Shown in pieces: positions 49,723 to 59,862 of a DNA stretch of 64,000 nt. Each line of letters begins with the position of its first letter. The first letter of the stretch is position 1. Source of the stretch: Candidatus Saccharimonadales bacterium (GTDB lineage Bacteria; Patescibacteriota; Saccharimonadia; Saccharimonadales; UBA10212). Where the stretch lies: the NCBI GenBank assembly GCA_035717985.1, contig DASTHW010000005.1, positions 28,989 to 92,988 on the forward strand, read 5' to 3'. The position numbers and the translations under genes are program-made. The notes under the pieces were generated by a model. The model ran no database searches. It was not told where the DNA came from and saw nothing but the letters and a program-made list of their open reading frames with translations.

Positions 49723-49799
49723 CCTCTTCATCCAGCTGAGCGAGCCTCAGCCTTTGAAGTTCGAGCCGAGAGCTTTGCTTTGGATCCAAATTAACATGA

Positions 49800-50096
49800 T
49801 CACTCTTGGAAGGGGTTATTCCGGGCGGAGTTAAAGAGACTATGTACCTGAGGGCTGGCTTGCTCCAGGCTTTGGATTTGGCTAATAGCTTTTTGATCAA
49901 CTTTTGGAATACTGGTATCGGATGAAACGGAGCCGGTGTCGGCCGGCTCGGCGCCGGCCAGTTGGCTAATTCGCCAGACTACCAGTATATAGGCGAATAG
50001 CACTATTAAAATGGCCGCAAAGACGGCGTGCTTTCTAAACCGACCACTATTGGCCCGGGCTAGTTTTAAAATTTGATCGATGTTGATATTTTTCAT
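49800..50096 (-). CDS. small membrane-anchored protein, last gene of the pilMNO operon
   Basis: ATGA overlap with the pilO-like gene. One TM segment (AVFAAILIVLFAYILVVW). Confidence 0.5.
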   Translation of the reverse strand: MKNINIDQILKLARANSGRFRKHAVFAAILIVLFAYILVVWRISQLAGAEPADTGSVSSDTSIPKVDQKAISQIQSLEQASPQVHSLFNSARNNPFQE

Positions 50097-50704
50097 GGCT
50101 TTATAAAAATATTAAGCGTTAAAGTGAAGTTGATCTGATTGCCCGGTGCATTAGCTACTGGCTGGAGCACTAGCCCAGCAATCTGGGCGGTGCGGCGGTT
50201 GTTTTCGATATCCTGCAAAAAGTTAATAAGCTTCTGGTAAGTTACTTGTTTAGCCGAGGGGACCTGCGAGCCGGTCTCTGGAGTGATTATCAGCTGGACG
50301 CTGTACAAACCGGGAATCCCTTTAACCGGCAGAGCCTGGCTTAGCGCACTAATTGATGAAGTTTTTAAGCCGAGGTTACTAGTCGGGAAGTTAACGGTCT
50401 GGAGGCTAATGCCGGCTTGGTCGGCCATCTGAAAAATGTCTAATACGGCCTGAGCCTGATCCTTGTCGTTAGGGATTACGGTGCTAGCTACGGTTTTGAA
50501 GTAGCTATATTTGGCAATTTGTTTCTTGGCAATTTCAAGGTTGGATAACTGAGCGTCGGCCGCCTGAGTTTTTTGCTTTAAGGCCGAGACGTCACTACCT
50601 TTAGCGGATAATTTGCTCAGCCCGCCAACCGCCAAAATGATGAAAACCAGCACGCAGGCAGAGAGGCCGGCCAGCAGTATCAACTGGAACCTTTTGCTAT
50701 CCAT
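50093..50704 (-). CDS. pilO: PilO-like pilus assembly protein
   Basis: Position after pilN, N-terminal TM segment then coiled coil. 1-nt overlap with the pilN stop. Confidence 0.55.
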   Translation of the reverse strand: MDSKRFQLILLAGLSACVLVFIILAVGGLSKLSAKGSDVSALKQKTQAADAQLSNLEIAKKQIAKYSYFKTVASTVIPNDKDQAQAVLDIFQMADQAGISLQTVNFPTSNLGLKTSSISALSQALPVKGIPGLYSVQLIITPETGSQVPSAKQVTYQKLINFLQDIENNRRTAQIAGLVLQPVANAPGNQINFTLTLNIFIKP

Positions 50705-51297
50705 TAACTGCCCCCCGGTACGTTTTGGTATTTTTTGATGGCCGAGGTGCTAAATAACGCCTTGAAACTGCCGTTACAAGCATAGGGGCCAGACGACGAC
50801 GAATTTGAGCAAGTGATGCTGACGATATCAACTTTAGAGAAAAGCCCGTTGGCTGGATCGTTTAGGTTGACGCCCACCTGAGCGGCGGCGGCGTAAGACT
50901 TGGCGTTAACACTTAAATCAATCGGCCCGTTAATTTTATCTAGGGTCAGAGAACTGAGGACCGTGCCGCTAGGCATAACTTTGCCGATGTCTTGAATAAG
51001 ATCTGAAAACCGGACTTCACTATCCAGCACCCGGTTAATTACTTTTACGTCGCCGGTTATAGTAGAGGCCTCTTTTTGCACCTGCGATAGATTTTGGGCC
51101 TTTAACTGAGCATTAGTTTGATCAAGCTGACCGTGTAAATCTGTAACCTGAGAGTTTAGGTACAGCCAGCCGCCTGCCAAAATTATCACCAGCCCACCGA
51201 TGGCTACCAGAGCACCGATAATCCAGCGCCTCAGAGAGGTGTTGGCCCGGCCGTATTTAATGCGGACTGCAAATTCCGGCGGCAGTAGGTTAATCAT
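50704..51297 (-). CDS. pilN: PilN-like pilus assembly protein
   Basis: MINLLPPEF... N-terminus then a TM segment, typical of PilN. ATGA overlap with pilM. Confidence 0.7.
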   Translation of the reverse strand: MINLLPPEFAVRIKYGRANTSLRRWIIGALVAIGGLVIILAGGWLYLNSQVTDLHGQLDQTNAQLKAQNLSQVQKEASTITGDVKVINRVLDSEVRFSDLIQDIGKVMPSGTVLSSLTLDKINGPIDLSVNAKSYAAAAQVGVNLNDPANGLFSKVDIVSITCSNSSSSGPYACNGSFKALFSTSAIKKYQNVPGGS

Positions 51298-52364
51298 CGA
51301 TAAATCTCCGGGGGGTCAAGCAAAGCCTCGCCGGCGGCGGTATTAAAAGCCGCTTGCTCGAGGCTGGATGGCCGCTTAAGGTGTCCAAAATCAATTTTTT
51401 TCCAGGGGTCAAGCGTGGTGGTCGGCAGTTCGATTTGCTTTGCTAGGTACTGATTGATACCGGGCATATTGGCACCGCCGCCGCTGGTAATAATCCGGGC
51501 AATCTTGCGCTGGGAGTGGCCGGCGCGGTCGGTGTAGTAGCGCGATACTTTACGAATCTCTTTGAGCAGATTTTCCAGCACTGGCTCAATGGCCGCTTCA
51601 ATTTGCTGTTGATTTTGGCTGATGCCGATGCCGTATTTACTGCGCATTTCAAAGGCCGATTCGGTGTCGGTATTTAACTTTTCGCTCACCAGCTTGGTCA
51701 TTAAATCGCTACCGCCCGGGATGGTGCTGTTAATAATCATAATCTTGTCAAAAACAGCGACGTCGATAGCCGCCGCACCAAGATCCACCAGCATTGAAGC
51801 GCCGTCCACCGGCTCGATTAAATTAAATAGCCTGGCAGTTGAATTGATTGACGGTTCTAGAGCTACCAGTTCTAAATCAAGGGCCGCCAGCAGTTTAACG
51901 TAACTATCGACAATTGTTTTGGGCGTAGCCATCATCAAAAGCTCAATACCCTCCGGCCCTCGGCTGGCAATTTCATAATCAATATAGAGATTGGCGGTCG
52001 GCATAGGGATGTACTGCTCAGCCTCCAGCTTTATGGCCCCGGCAATGTCTTTATCGGCTATGGCCGGCAATTTAATCAGCCGGCTAAAGGTGTGCGAAGT
52101 CGGTAGCGAGCAAACTACCCGGCGGGTATAAATTGAGCCGTGAATCTCTTTTTTAAAAAGCTCGTACATGGCCTTGCTAACAGCGTCAAAATTAGTAATA
52201 ACACCATTGTTAATAGCGCTGGGGTCAAACTTAGTAATTCCCCAACCCAAAACTTTAGGTAGTTGTGGAGACGAAAGATCAAGCTGAATGACTTTGATGG
52301 TGGACCAGCCAATATCAAGGCCAAACAGCGGCTCATCATGGTAAAAGTTAGCAAAGCCCATCAC
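51294..52364 (-). CDS. pilM: type IV pilus assembly ATPase-fold protein PilM
   Basis: LFGLDIGWSTIKVIQL...DLGAAAIDVAVF...ITSGGGANMPGI actin-like fold motifs. Confidence 0.8.
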   Translation of the reverse strand: MMGFANFYHDEPLFGLDIGWSTIKVIQLDLSSPQLPKVLGWGITKFDPSAINNGVITNFDAVSKAMYELFKKEIHGSIYTRRVVCSLPTSHTFSRLIKLPAIADKDIAGAIKLEAEQYIPMPTANLYIDYEIASRGPEGIELLMMATPKTIVDSYVKLLAALDLELVALEPSINSTARLFNLIEPVDGASMLVDLGAAAIDVAVFDKIMIINSTIPGGSDLMTKLVSEKLNTDTESAFEMRSKYGIGISQNQQQIEAAIEPVLENLLKEIRKVSRYYTDRAGHSQRKIARIITSGGGANMPGINQYLAKQIELPTTTLDPWKKIDFGHLKRPSSLEQAAFNTAAGEALLDPPEIYR

Positions 52365-52443
52365 AAGTATTTATATTGGTTATCCTTAATATTTATGAGT
52401 ATAACACTTAAGACGTCTTTGCCGGCAGGGTCGGAGATGGGGT

Positions 52444-53817
52444 TCAATAACTTCTCCGGTAGCCGCTGATTACCCAGAAGGTGGAGCTACCGGTTGGTAC
52501 GGCCGTACCAAAGGTGATAGTTCCGGAGTTGCTGAGGTTAATGGTCTGACCTAACAGCGCACCTATGGCACCAGCATTAGATATCGAAACACCGGTCCAG
52601 TAGCTGTATAAAATTGACTGAGGGGCGGAGGTGTTATTAGTCAGTGAGATAGTGTTAATAGACCTAGAATTATAGGCGTCAGTTCCGTCTAAACTGGTGC
52701 AGTCCGGCGAACAGCTGGCGGTGCTGTAAAAGGTGTAGACTTCAAAGCCGGTACCGCTAGAATTTGAGGCTAGCTTGGCGGTGTTACTAAGAGAAACCCC
52801 GTCCAGACCGTCCACCATGATATTAGGCCGGGTGCTGGCCAGACTATCGGCTACTATCAGCTGAGAACTGTTAGTCAGTGATAAACTGCCGTCTATCCAA
52901 ATATCGCCCTGGACGGTTACTTTACAGCTACCGCCAATCGTCACATCGCCGGTAATATGGGTGTTGGCTGGCCAAGTCTGAGATCCGCTATTGCACGAAA
53001 AACCGCCGCTGATAGTATTTGCCACGGCCGCCTTCTGGCTGGCTCGGTCATAAGTCGGCAAGGGCTGGGCCGTGACACCGGAGCTAGCCGTCAGCCCAGG
53101 ATTACTCATATTAGTGCCGTCGGTCTGGTTATTGGCTTTTACCGTACCGTAAATTTTGCCGCTGTTTTGGATGACGATAGGCTGAGGAAAACCATCTGCG
53201 CTGGTGCAGACTCTGGGGTACGTAGTGTTGAAATTGGGGTCTGATTGCGCCGGGCAGGTTTGATCGGCCACATTAACATTAACCGGATTAGTACTTAGAC
53301 CTATTTGGGCGGTGTTGGATAGACTTATGGTGCCATTAATAAATATGTCGCCGGCTACAATCTTGGAGCTATTATCCATATTCAAACCGCCTTCACCGCT
53401 GACAATACTGAAGTTGCCGGTAGTAACGGCTCTTAGGTCAACCTTTAATGTCACAGAGGCCGAAGGTGAGCTAGCGGTGCTGGGGTTGTAGGCCCGGCCG
53501 ATGACGGTTAGCGTATCGCTAACAGCGGAGTTACTGGTTAGGCTGGCAGAGAAAGTTGTCTTAACGTAAGTATCGCCGCTATGAAGAACCGTTTCGCTAA
53601 CGCCGCTCCAGGTTGAGTCCTGGTTTAACTGCTCAACGGAATAATCGACGCCAGCATCAGCGGCAATTTGAGCCTGGGTGTGCATTTGATCGGCTATGGC
53701 CAGGCGCAGGCTATTGACCGACAGCGCCAGGTAAGAGGCGGCTATTAACATCAGCGACGGCGCCACGATTATCAGCGAAATCAATATTTGGCCCTTCTCA
53801 TTTTTAGCTTGTTTCAT
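52444..53817 (-). CDS. pilus-associated large protein with PilX-like N-terminus and repeated (I/L/V)SL(S/T)N motifs
   Basis: N-terminal hydrophobic helix GQILISLIIVAPSLMLIAASYLAL. GDIFINGTISLSNTAQIG and GDIWIDGSLSLTNSSQLI repeats. ATGA overlap with the upstream minor pilin. Confidence 0.55.
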   Translation of the reverse strand: MKQAKNEKGQILISLIIVAPSLMLIAASYLALSVNSLRLAIADQMHTQAQIAADAGVDYSVEQLNQDSTWSGVSETVLHSGDTYVKTTFSASLTSNSAVSDTLTVIGRAYNPSTASSPSASVTLKVDLRAVTTGNFSIVSGEGGLNMDNSSKIVAGDIFINGTISLSNTAQIGLSTNPVNVNVADQTCPAQSDPNFNTTYPRVCTSADGFPQPIVIQNSGKIYGTVKANNQTDGTNMSNPGLTASSGVTAQPLPTYDRASQKAAVANTISGGFSCNSGSQTWPANTHITGDVTIGGSCKVTVQGDIWIDGSLSLTNSSQLIVADSLASTRPNIMVDGLDGVSLSNTAKLASNSSGTGFEVYTFYSTASCSPDCTSLDGTDAYNSRSINTISLTNNTSAPQSILYSYWTGVSISNAGAIGALLGQTINLSNSGTITFGTAVPTGSSTFWVISGYRRSY

Positions 53818-54488
53818 TGAAAATTATTCCTCAGTGTCACCCTAATATCATTGGTCAGCTTAATCGGGGCTCCCAGCGAATCTCTCTGCATAGTTAGTGA
53901 AATATCGATGGATTTAGCCTGCGCTGGGTCGGTAGTCAAAGCGGCGTCCTGGTCATAAAGAGTGAAGACCATGGAATTAACATAATCGGCTAAATCTTTA
54001 TCGGCCGGGCAAGAGGCGCTAGCTAGCGCGGCCGGGCAAGATGTCTTCAAAGTGTCGCCGGTGGCATTAGGGTTAGATAAGCTTCTTTGCATTAGTGAAC
54101 TACCGTTTTTGTAATAGACTAGCTCGTTCATATAGGGATTGCCGGTAGACGGGTCGATGATGTAATTGCGGCTAGAGTCGAGCGCCGGCGAGGCTATCAC
54201 AATAACAAAATTACTGTTACTGGTGGTCCAGCCGCCGGCCGGCGCGTTGGGGTCGGTAATTGTATTGGTTTGCCTAACGCCGCCGCCTACCCGCAGGGCT
54301 TCCACTGTCGTCCTGAGCAGATTTTGGGAACCAACCGTCAGGTCTATGGAGGCGTTATTTCTGGCAATGACTAGATAATAGTTGGTGAGGGCGGACAAAA
54401 AAGAGACGGCTAAAATAGCCGTGACGGCGGTTATAACCATAAGCTCTACGATTGTAAAGCCCGAGCTTGAACTGTTATTGGCCGACAC
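53814..54488 (-). CDS. minor pilin (prepilin-type N-terminus)
   Basis: SSG/FTIVELMVITAVTAILAV class III signal. Confidence 0.7.
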   Translation of the reverse strand: MSANNSSSSGFTIVELMVITAVTAILAVSFLSALTNYYLVIARNNASIDLTVGSQNLLRTTVEALRVGGGVRQTNTITDPNAPAGGWTTSNSNFVIVIASPALDSSRNYIIDPSTGNPYMNELVYYKNGSSLMQRSLSNPNATGDTLKTSCPAALASASCPADKDLADYVNSMVFTLYDQDAALTTDPAQAKSIDISLTMQRDSLGAPIKLTNDIRVTLRNNFQ

Positions 54489-54894
54489 CTAATTCTCCTA
54501 TGTATGTGGTATATGAATAGCTTCTGGTGGTACCCTGGTCATAAAACGACAGGGTTATATCGATTTGCTTAATTCCCGGGGATGGGTTAGTTATATCTAA
54601 GCTGGCGCTCTTAGGGTTTGGTAGGGCCGAGGGGAGCTCGCTGGTGATATCGCTATCGCCAACATTTAAAGCGTTAAAACCTTGGTTGCGAAGAGCCTCA
54701 ACCTTGCCCTCTACATAGGAGTTGGCTAGCAGTAAATTGCGGCTTTTTTGACCGGTGTGTAAGTAAGTATTGATGATATTGTTAGTCGCCAGAACCAAAA
54801 GCCCGCCTACGGCGATAGCGATAATTAGCTCCACTATTGAAAAACCAGCTGTACCGCTACCATCTTCCTGTTTAGCCCAATCCCAGGGTTTCAT
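54475..54894 (-). CDS. minor pilin (prepilin-type N-terminus)
   Basis: TAG/FSIVELIIAIAVGGLLV class III signal. Confidence 0.7.
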   Translation of the reverse strand: MKPWDWAKQEDGSGTAGFSIVELIIAIAVGGLLVLATNNIINTYLHTGQKSRNLLLANSYVEGKVEALRNQGFNALNVGDSDITSELPSALPNPKSASLDITNPSPGIKQIDITLSFYDQGTTRSYSYTTYIGELGVGQ

Positions 54895-54951
54895 GCTTAA
54901 GCTAATTATATGTTAAGCCTCCTCTGGTGGCCAGCTATCTGAAGGCCTAAT

Positions 54952-54982
54952 AAAAACCGGGGACTAAGAGTCCCCGGTTTTT
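54952..54982 (-). terminator. hairpin terminator/attenuator after the major pilin gene
   Basis: AAAAACCGGGGACT-aag-AGTCCCCGGTTTTT: perfect 14-bp stem, with a T-run on the minus-strand transcript. Confidence 0.65.
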
Positions 54983-55001
54983 AAACCAACTTTAGTCTAA
55001 A

Positions 55002-55481
55002 TTAGTCGGAGCCGGTCTTTTGATAGGTGCCGCCAGCCTCAAGATTGGCTACAAGAGTGTAGCTAGCGCACATGGTAGCGGAGTTGTCGCAACCGGTTGG
55101 CGATACAGTGTAGCCGTAGCAACCGCTAGCCGGAGTGGTGGAATTCTGCAATTGCACCACTCCGCTGGTAGTGCAGTTAGTATTGCCGCTCTTCCACTGG
55201 GGGTCCTGCAAAGCTGTTGGATCCAAACCCTTTAGCTGTCCGGATACGAAACTAGCGGTGTTCATATTGGCGTTGGTGGGGTAGTACCCATTTTGAGCAT
55301 TATAGGCTTCAACCTGCCCCTGGATTGAGTTAAGGTCGGTCTTGCGCTTGGTGTCCCGGGCCTTAGACTGCACGCCGTTATAGGTTGTGATAACTAGCGT
55401 CGCCAAGATACCAATTACGATAATGACAATTAACAGTTCTACGATGGTAAAACCGCGCTTGTCTTTTAGTTTAGAGAACAT
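55002..55481 (-). CDS. pilA: type IV major pilin
   Basis: KRG/FTIVELLIVIIVIGILATLVITTYNGVQSKARDTKRKTDL. It has its own strong promoter and terminator. Confidence 0.85.
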   Translation of the reverse strand: MFSKLKDKRGFTIVELLIVIIVIGILATLVITTYNGVQSKARDTKRKTDLNSIQGQVEAYNAQNGYYPTNANMNTASFVSGQLKGLDPTALQDPQWKSGNTNCTTSGVVQLQNSTTPASGCYGYTVSPTGCDNSATMCASYTLVANLEAGGTYQKTGSD

Positions 55482-55551
55482 TGTTGTCCCACCCTTCTTA
55501 AATTTTTAAATCATTTTAATGTTAAAGAGAACGGTTTGTTCTATGAGCATG

Positions 55552-55579
55552 ATTATAAACATGAGCGAATTGTTGTCAA
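55552..55579 (-). promoter_or_regulatory. near-consensus sigma-70 promoter of pilA
   Basis: Reverse strand TTGACA-16 nt-TATAAT, about 70 nt upstream of the pilA ATG. Confidence 0.6.
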
Positions 55580-55604
55580 GATGATACTAAGGGGATAACT
55601 TTTA

Positions 55605-56894
55605 TCATCCGCCGACGTTTTTGCTAAGGTTGGCAATCGGGCCCATAACTGAGGCGGCAATCAGACCAACTAACGAGCCCAACACAATTATCATTAGCGG
55701 CTCTATCAGGCTAGATAGGCTATCGATAACCACATCTACCTCTTCATCATAAAAGTCAGCCACTTTAACTAGGATGTCGCCAATATTACCGGTCTCCTCG
55801 CCGACGCTAATCATCTGGCCAACGATGGCCGGAAAATACTGCGCCTCAGCAAACTGCTTGCCCAGCGGCTGGCCATTACGTACCTTTTCAGCGATAGTGA
55901 CAAGCTCTTTTTGGATTACTTTATTGCCGACGGCCTTGCCGGTAATTTCCAGGGCATCCAGCACGCTGACACCGGAGCCCATTAGCGCCGAAAAGGTCCG
56001 GGCAAAACGGGCTACAGCAATTTTGGCGATAATTTTGCCAAACACCGGAATCCTCAATAAAAAACTGTGGTATTTATAGGCACCGGTCGGGGTTTTGGTC
56101 CAACGGCGCAAATAGGCTATGCCAACGGCGAAAATTATGATAAATAGCACGGCGTTGATGGTAAGAATCGATAAAATCGGCACCTTAGTTAGCGGCGGCA
56201 AGATAGCGTGGACTATGGACGAGCTTTTAAGAAAGTTGCTGATATCGAGCATAATCTGGGTATAGATAGGGAATTTGGCGTTAGGCCCGCCTAAAGAGTG
56301 CAGGATATTGCCGATCTTAGGCAGAATAAACAGCATGATGCCAAAAAAGGCGATGATGGTGATACACAAAATTACCACCGGATAGGCCATAGCCGAGCGG
56401 ATCTTTTTACGGATAGTAGCGTCTTTTTCCACCTGCAGGGCTAGGCGCTTTAAAATATCGTCCAAAATACCGCCGGCCTCGCCGGCCCGCACCATATTTA
56501 TATAGACGTCGCTAAAAACGTTGGGATATTTAGCCATGGCGTCGGCTAGCGAGCTACCGGCACCTACCTCGTGGTTAACCCCGTTGATAACCGATTTAAA
56601 ATAAGGGTTTTCGGCTTGGCCGGCCAAGGTTTCCAGGCACCTTGGCAGGCTGACGCCGGCGCTGACCATGGTCGACAGCTCACGAGTAAAAACCATCAAA
56701 TCGTGGAGCTTAACTTTCTTATTAGTGAAAAAACTATTTTTTTTAGCGCCGGCGTCAGCGCTTTCTTTAATGGTCAGCGGCCGGCTACCCTGGGCCCGGA
56801 GAGCCGATAAGGCTTCCTCACGCGAGCCGGCGGCCAGCACGCCGTGGGCGTGCTGGCCTTCTTTAGTAATAGCGTCATAAGCAAACTGGGCCAT
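55605..56894 (-). CDS. pilC: type IV pilus platform protein PilC (GspF family)
   Basis: 429-aa, three-TM, duplicated GspF-type domains (e.g. ...FPAIVGQMISVGEETGNIGDIL...). Confidence 0.9.
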   Translation of the reverse strand: MAQFAYDAITKEGQHAHGVLAAGSREEALSALRAQGSRPLTIKESADAGAKKNSFFTNKKVKLHDLMVFTRELSTMVSAGVSLPRCLETLAGQAENPYFKSVINGVNHEVGAGSSLADAMAKYPNVFSDVYINMVRAGEAGGILDDILKRLALQVEKDATIRKKIRSAMAYPVVILCITIIAFFGIMLFILPKIGNILHSLGGPNAKFPIYTQIMLDISNFLKSSSIVHAILPPLTKVPILSILTINAVLFIIIFAVGIAYLRRWTKTPTGAYKYHSFLLRIPVFGKIIAKIAVARFARTFSALMGSGVSVLDALEITGKAVGNKVIQKELVTIAEKVRNGQPLGKQFAEAQYFPAIVGQMISVGEETGNIGDILVKVADFYDEEVDVVIDSLSSLIEPLMIIVLGSLVGLIAASVMGPIANLSKNVGG

Positions 56895-56898
56895 GCTC

Positions 56899-58665
56899 TT
56901 AGCCTTCGGTAGTCACCCGCATTATCTCTTCCAAAGTAGTTTGGCCCCGCAGAGATTTAATTAGACCGTCAGTTTGCATAGTCACCATGCCTTCTTTGAT
57001 AGCCTCGTCCTGCAAGACCTCGCTGGAGGCCCCGTTAATAACCTGTTTTTGCACAGCCGTACTCATCGGCAGGACTTCATAAATACCCAGTCGCCCGCGA
57101 AAAGCACTGCCTTCGCCGCCGCGGATCCGCCACATTCTAATAATCGAATCATCCGAGGTCGACGGGTCGGTGGCCGGGCCAATGCTGGAGCGGATAGCCT
57201 GTAGTTCTAGTTGATGGATTTTCTTCATCGTCGTCGGGTCGTTCAGGCCAAAGGCACTCTGTACCCGTCTTAGCGTGGCCTCATCCGGTTTGAAGGCTTC
57301 CATGTTCTCTGGAATCAGCCGGCGCACCAGACGCTGAGCCACCACTGCCCGCACGGTGCTGGCAATCAAAAAGGGCTCAACGCCCATATCAAGCAGTCGC
57401 GGCAGGGCGGTGGAGGCATTATTGGTGTGAAGTGTGGAGAACACCAAGTGGCCGGTCAAAGCGGCCTGGACAGACAAACGGGCAGTCTCGCTGTCGCGGA
57501 TCTCACCGACCATGATGATGTTGGGGTCTTGGCGCAGAAGGGCCCGCAGGCCGCCGTCAAAAGTCATACCGCCGGCCGGGTTGACCTGCACCTGATTGAC
57601 GCCCGGTATCTTATACTCCACCGGATCTTCCACGGTGCTGATGTTAACGGTTGGCTGGTTGAGCCGCGACAGAATCGAAAATAAGCTGGTACTTTTACCA
57701 GAGCCGGTGGGACCGGTAAATAAAATCAGGCCGTGAGGGCGGGTTAGGGCGTCTTCCAGACGCTCTAGGTTGGCTCCCCAATAGCCCAGCTCCTGCAGGG
57801 TAGAAGCCTTGGTGTTTTCGTTTAAAATTCGCATCACTACTTTTTCGCCGTCGACTATTGGCAATGTGCTAACGCGCAGGGCATACTGGCCACTTCCCAT
57901 GGTCACCTTAAAACGGCCGTCCTGTGGTGCCCGGCGCTCGTCAATTTTTAAGGTAGATAAAATCTTAATGCGGCTAACTAGAGCTGGCAAAACTTTTTTG
58001 GGTAGTTTGTTGGTTTCGCGCAGTTGGCCGTCCACCCGGTAGCGGATGGCTACAAAATCTTCGCGTGGCTCGATGTGAATGTCGCTGGCGCCCTGTTTGA
58101 TGGCGTCTTCTATGACCAAATTAACAGTTTTGGCTACCGGGCTGTCTTCGGCGACATCTTCTTCGCTAATTTCTTCTTCCGGCGGGGCGGTATCTTCACT
58201 GGCGATGACCTGGGTCAGCTCGGTGCCGATATTACTTCGGTATTGGTCTAAAGCCGCCAAAATATTAGACCGCGTGGCAATATAGACGCGGATGTTGGAG
58301 CCCAGCTGTTTTTGCAAAAAGTTAAAGGCCTGTACGTCATCGGGATCTTCCATGGCTAGGTGCTTACTGCCATCAGCCTTGACGTCAAACAACACACAGC
58401 TATATTGGCGGGCGATGTGTTCGGGGATCAGGTTCAGCACTTCCTTGCGCAGGTTGCGCGGCACTAGTTCCACAAACGGTACTTCGATTTTTTGCGAATA
58501 TAGCTGAGTCAGCTCTTTTTCACTCAGAGCATTATTTTGCAAAACCACATCCTGCAAAGTCTTTTTTTCGGTTTTTTGCTGGTCCTGCAGGCTTTTGACT
58601 TGCTCGGAGTCTACCTTATGGCTCTCCTTTAGAAGGTCGACCACCAAACTGTCGCTAATACGCAT
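56899..58665 (-). CDS. pilB: type IV pilus assembly ATPase PilB (GspE family)
   Basis: Walker A GPTGSGKST, Asp/His boxes, and an N-terminal T2SSE_N-like domain. Confidence 0.92.
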   Translation of the reverse strand: MRISDSLVVDLLKESHKVDSEQVKSLQDQQKTEKKTLQDVVLQNNALSEKELTQLYSQKIEVPFVELVPRNLRKEVLNLIPEHIARQYSCVLFDVKADGSKHLAMEDPDDVQAFNFLQKQLGSNIRVYIATRSNILAALDQYRSNIGTELTQVIASEDTAPPEEEISEEDVAEDSPVAKTVNLVIEDAIKQGASDIHIEPREDFVAIRYRVDGQLRETNKLPKKVLPALVSRIKILSTLKIDERRAPQDGRFKVTMGSGQYALRVSTLPIVDGEKVVMRILNENTKASTLQELGYWGANLERLEDALTRPHGLILFTGPTGSGKSTSLFSILSRLNQPTVNISTVEDPVEYKIPGVNQVQVNPAGGMTFDGGLRALLRQDPNIIMVGEIRDSETARLSVQAALTGHLVFSTLHTNNASTALPRLLDMGVEPFLIASTVRAVVAQRLVRRLIPENMEAFKPDEATLRRVQSAFGLNDPTTMKKIHQLELQAIRSSIGPATDPSTSDDSIIRMWRIRGGEGSAFRGRLGIYEVLPMSTAVQKQVINGASSEVLQDEAIKEGMVTMQTDGLIKSLRGQTTLEEIMRVTTEG

Positions 58666-58833
58666 ATGCTTTAGTATATATTAACCAGGCTTTTGTTTAA
58701 GGGGTAATTTATCTGCCGGCACTTTGCTATAACCAAGAGGCTAATTTTTTTAAAGCAATTTAAGCTAAGCAGGAGCGTTTTTCGAGGCCCACCGCTTGGT
58801 ATACTATTTAAAGCAAATAGTAAGGAGCTACAC

Positions 58834-59862
58834 GTGGCAGATAAACTGAGCGCTAAAAAGGTTAAAGAAGATTCAGCCGGGAGCGGCAAGAGCCAGGCGC
58901 TCCAGTTGGCCGTAGACGCTATTGAAAAACAGTTCGGTAAAGGCGCCATCATGCGCCTGGGTGAGGCTCACGCCGCACACGTCGAGACTATTTCTACCGG
59001 CAGTCTAAGCTTGGATTTAGCACTGGGCGGCGGTATTCCCAAGGGCCGGATTATCGAAATTTACGGGCCGGAAAGCTCTGGTAAAACCACTGTTTGTCTG
59101 CACGCCGTAGCCCAGGTGCAGGCTGGCGGCGGCACGGCCGCCTACATCGATGCCGAGCACGCCCTAGACCCGGCTTACGCCAAGCGTCTGGGAGTTAACA
59201 CCGATAAACTGCTGATTTCACAACCCGATAGCGGCGAGCAGGCTCTGGAAGTTGTCGAGACCCTGGTGCGCTCCAACGCCGTTGATATTATCGTAGTTGA
59301 CTCTGTCGCCGCCCTGGTGCCCCAGGCCGAAATTGAAGGCGATATGGGCGATGCCCACATGGGCCTGCAGGCCCGGCTAATGAGCCAAGCTCTACGTAAG
59401 CTGACCGGTGTCATCAGCCGGACTAAGTGCACGGTTATTTTTGTCAACCAACTGAGAATGAAAATTGGTGTTATGTTTGGCAACCCAGAGACCACTACCG
59501 GTGGTAATGCCCTCAAATTTTATTCGTCAGTCCGGCTGGATATTCGGCGAATTGGCCAAATTAAAGCCGGTGATACCGTGATTGGTAACCGGGTACGGGT
59601 TAAGGTGGTTAAAAACAAAATAGCGCCACCATTCCGCGAAGCCGAGTTTGACGTTATGTACAATCAAGGTATTAGCCGAGAAGGCGATATTTTGGACCTT
59701 GCGACGGTTCGGGACATCGTCCAAAAGTCCGGCGCCTGGTTTGAATACGACGGCCAAAAAATTGCCCAAGGTCGGGAAGCCGCTAAAAATTACCTGCGCG
59801 AAAACCCTAAAGCCATGGAAAAAATCGCCGAGCAAGTCCGGACTGCCGCCCAAGCCGAGTAG
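58834..59862 (+). CDS. recA: recombinase RecA
   Basis: [26 protein letters not shown] start with AAGGAG 6 nt upstream. Confidence 0.97.
   Translation: MADKLSAKKVKEDSAGSGKSQALQLAVDAIEKQFGKGAIMRLGEAHAAHVETISTGSLSLDLALGGGIPKGRIIEIYGPESSGKTTVCLHAVAQVQAGGGTAAYIDAEHALDPAYAKRLGVNTDKLLISQPDSGEQALEVVETLVRSNAVDIIVVDSVAALVPQAEIEGDMGDAHMGLQARLMSQALRKLTGVISRTKCTVIFVNQLRMKIGVMFGNPETTTGGNALKFYSSVRLDIRRIGQIKAGDTVIGNRVRVKVVKNKIAPPFREAEFDVMYNQGISREGDILDLATVRDIVQKSGAWFEYDGQKIAQGREAAKNYLRENPKAMEKIAEQVRTAAQAE

Noticed and set aside
49759-49767. GTTCGAGCC T-loop-like motif, considered as a tRNA or tmRNA 3' domain.
   Set aside because: I could find no flanking T-stem, acceptor stem or CCA context around it.
49594-49900. 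ORFs of 66 aa (plus strand) and 73 aa (minus strand) in the structured intergenic region.
   Set aside because: They have no SD, are low-complexity, and are built largely from hairpin arms. The 73-aa ORF also overlaps the 3' end of the last pil-operon gene.
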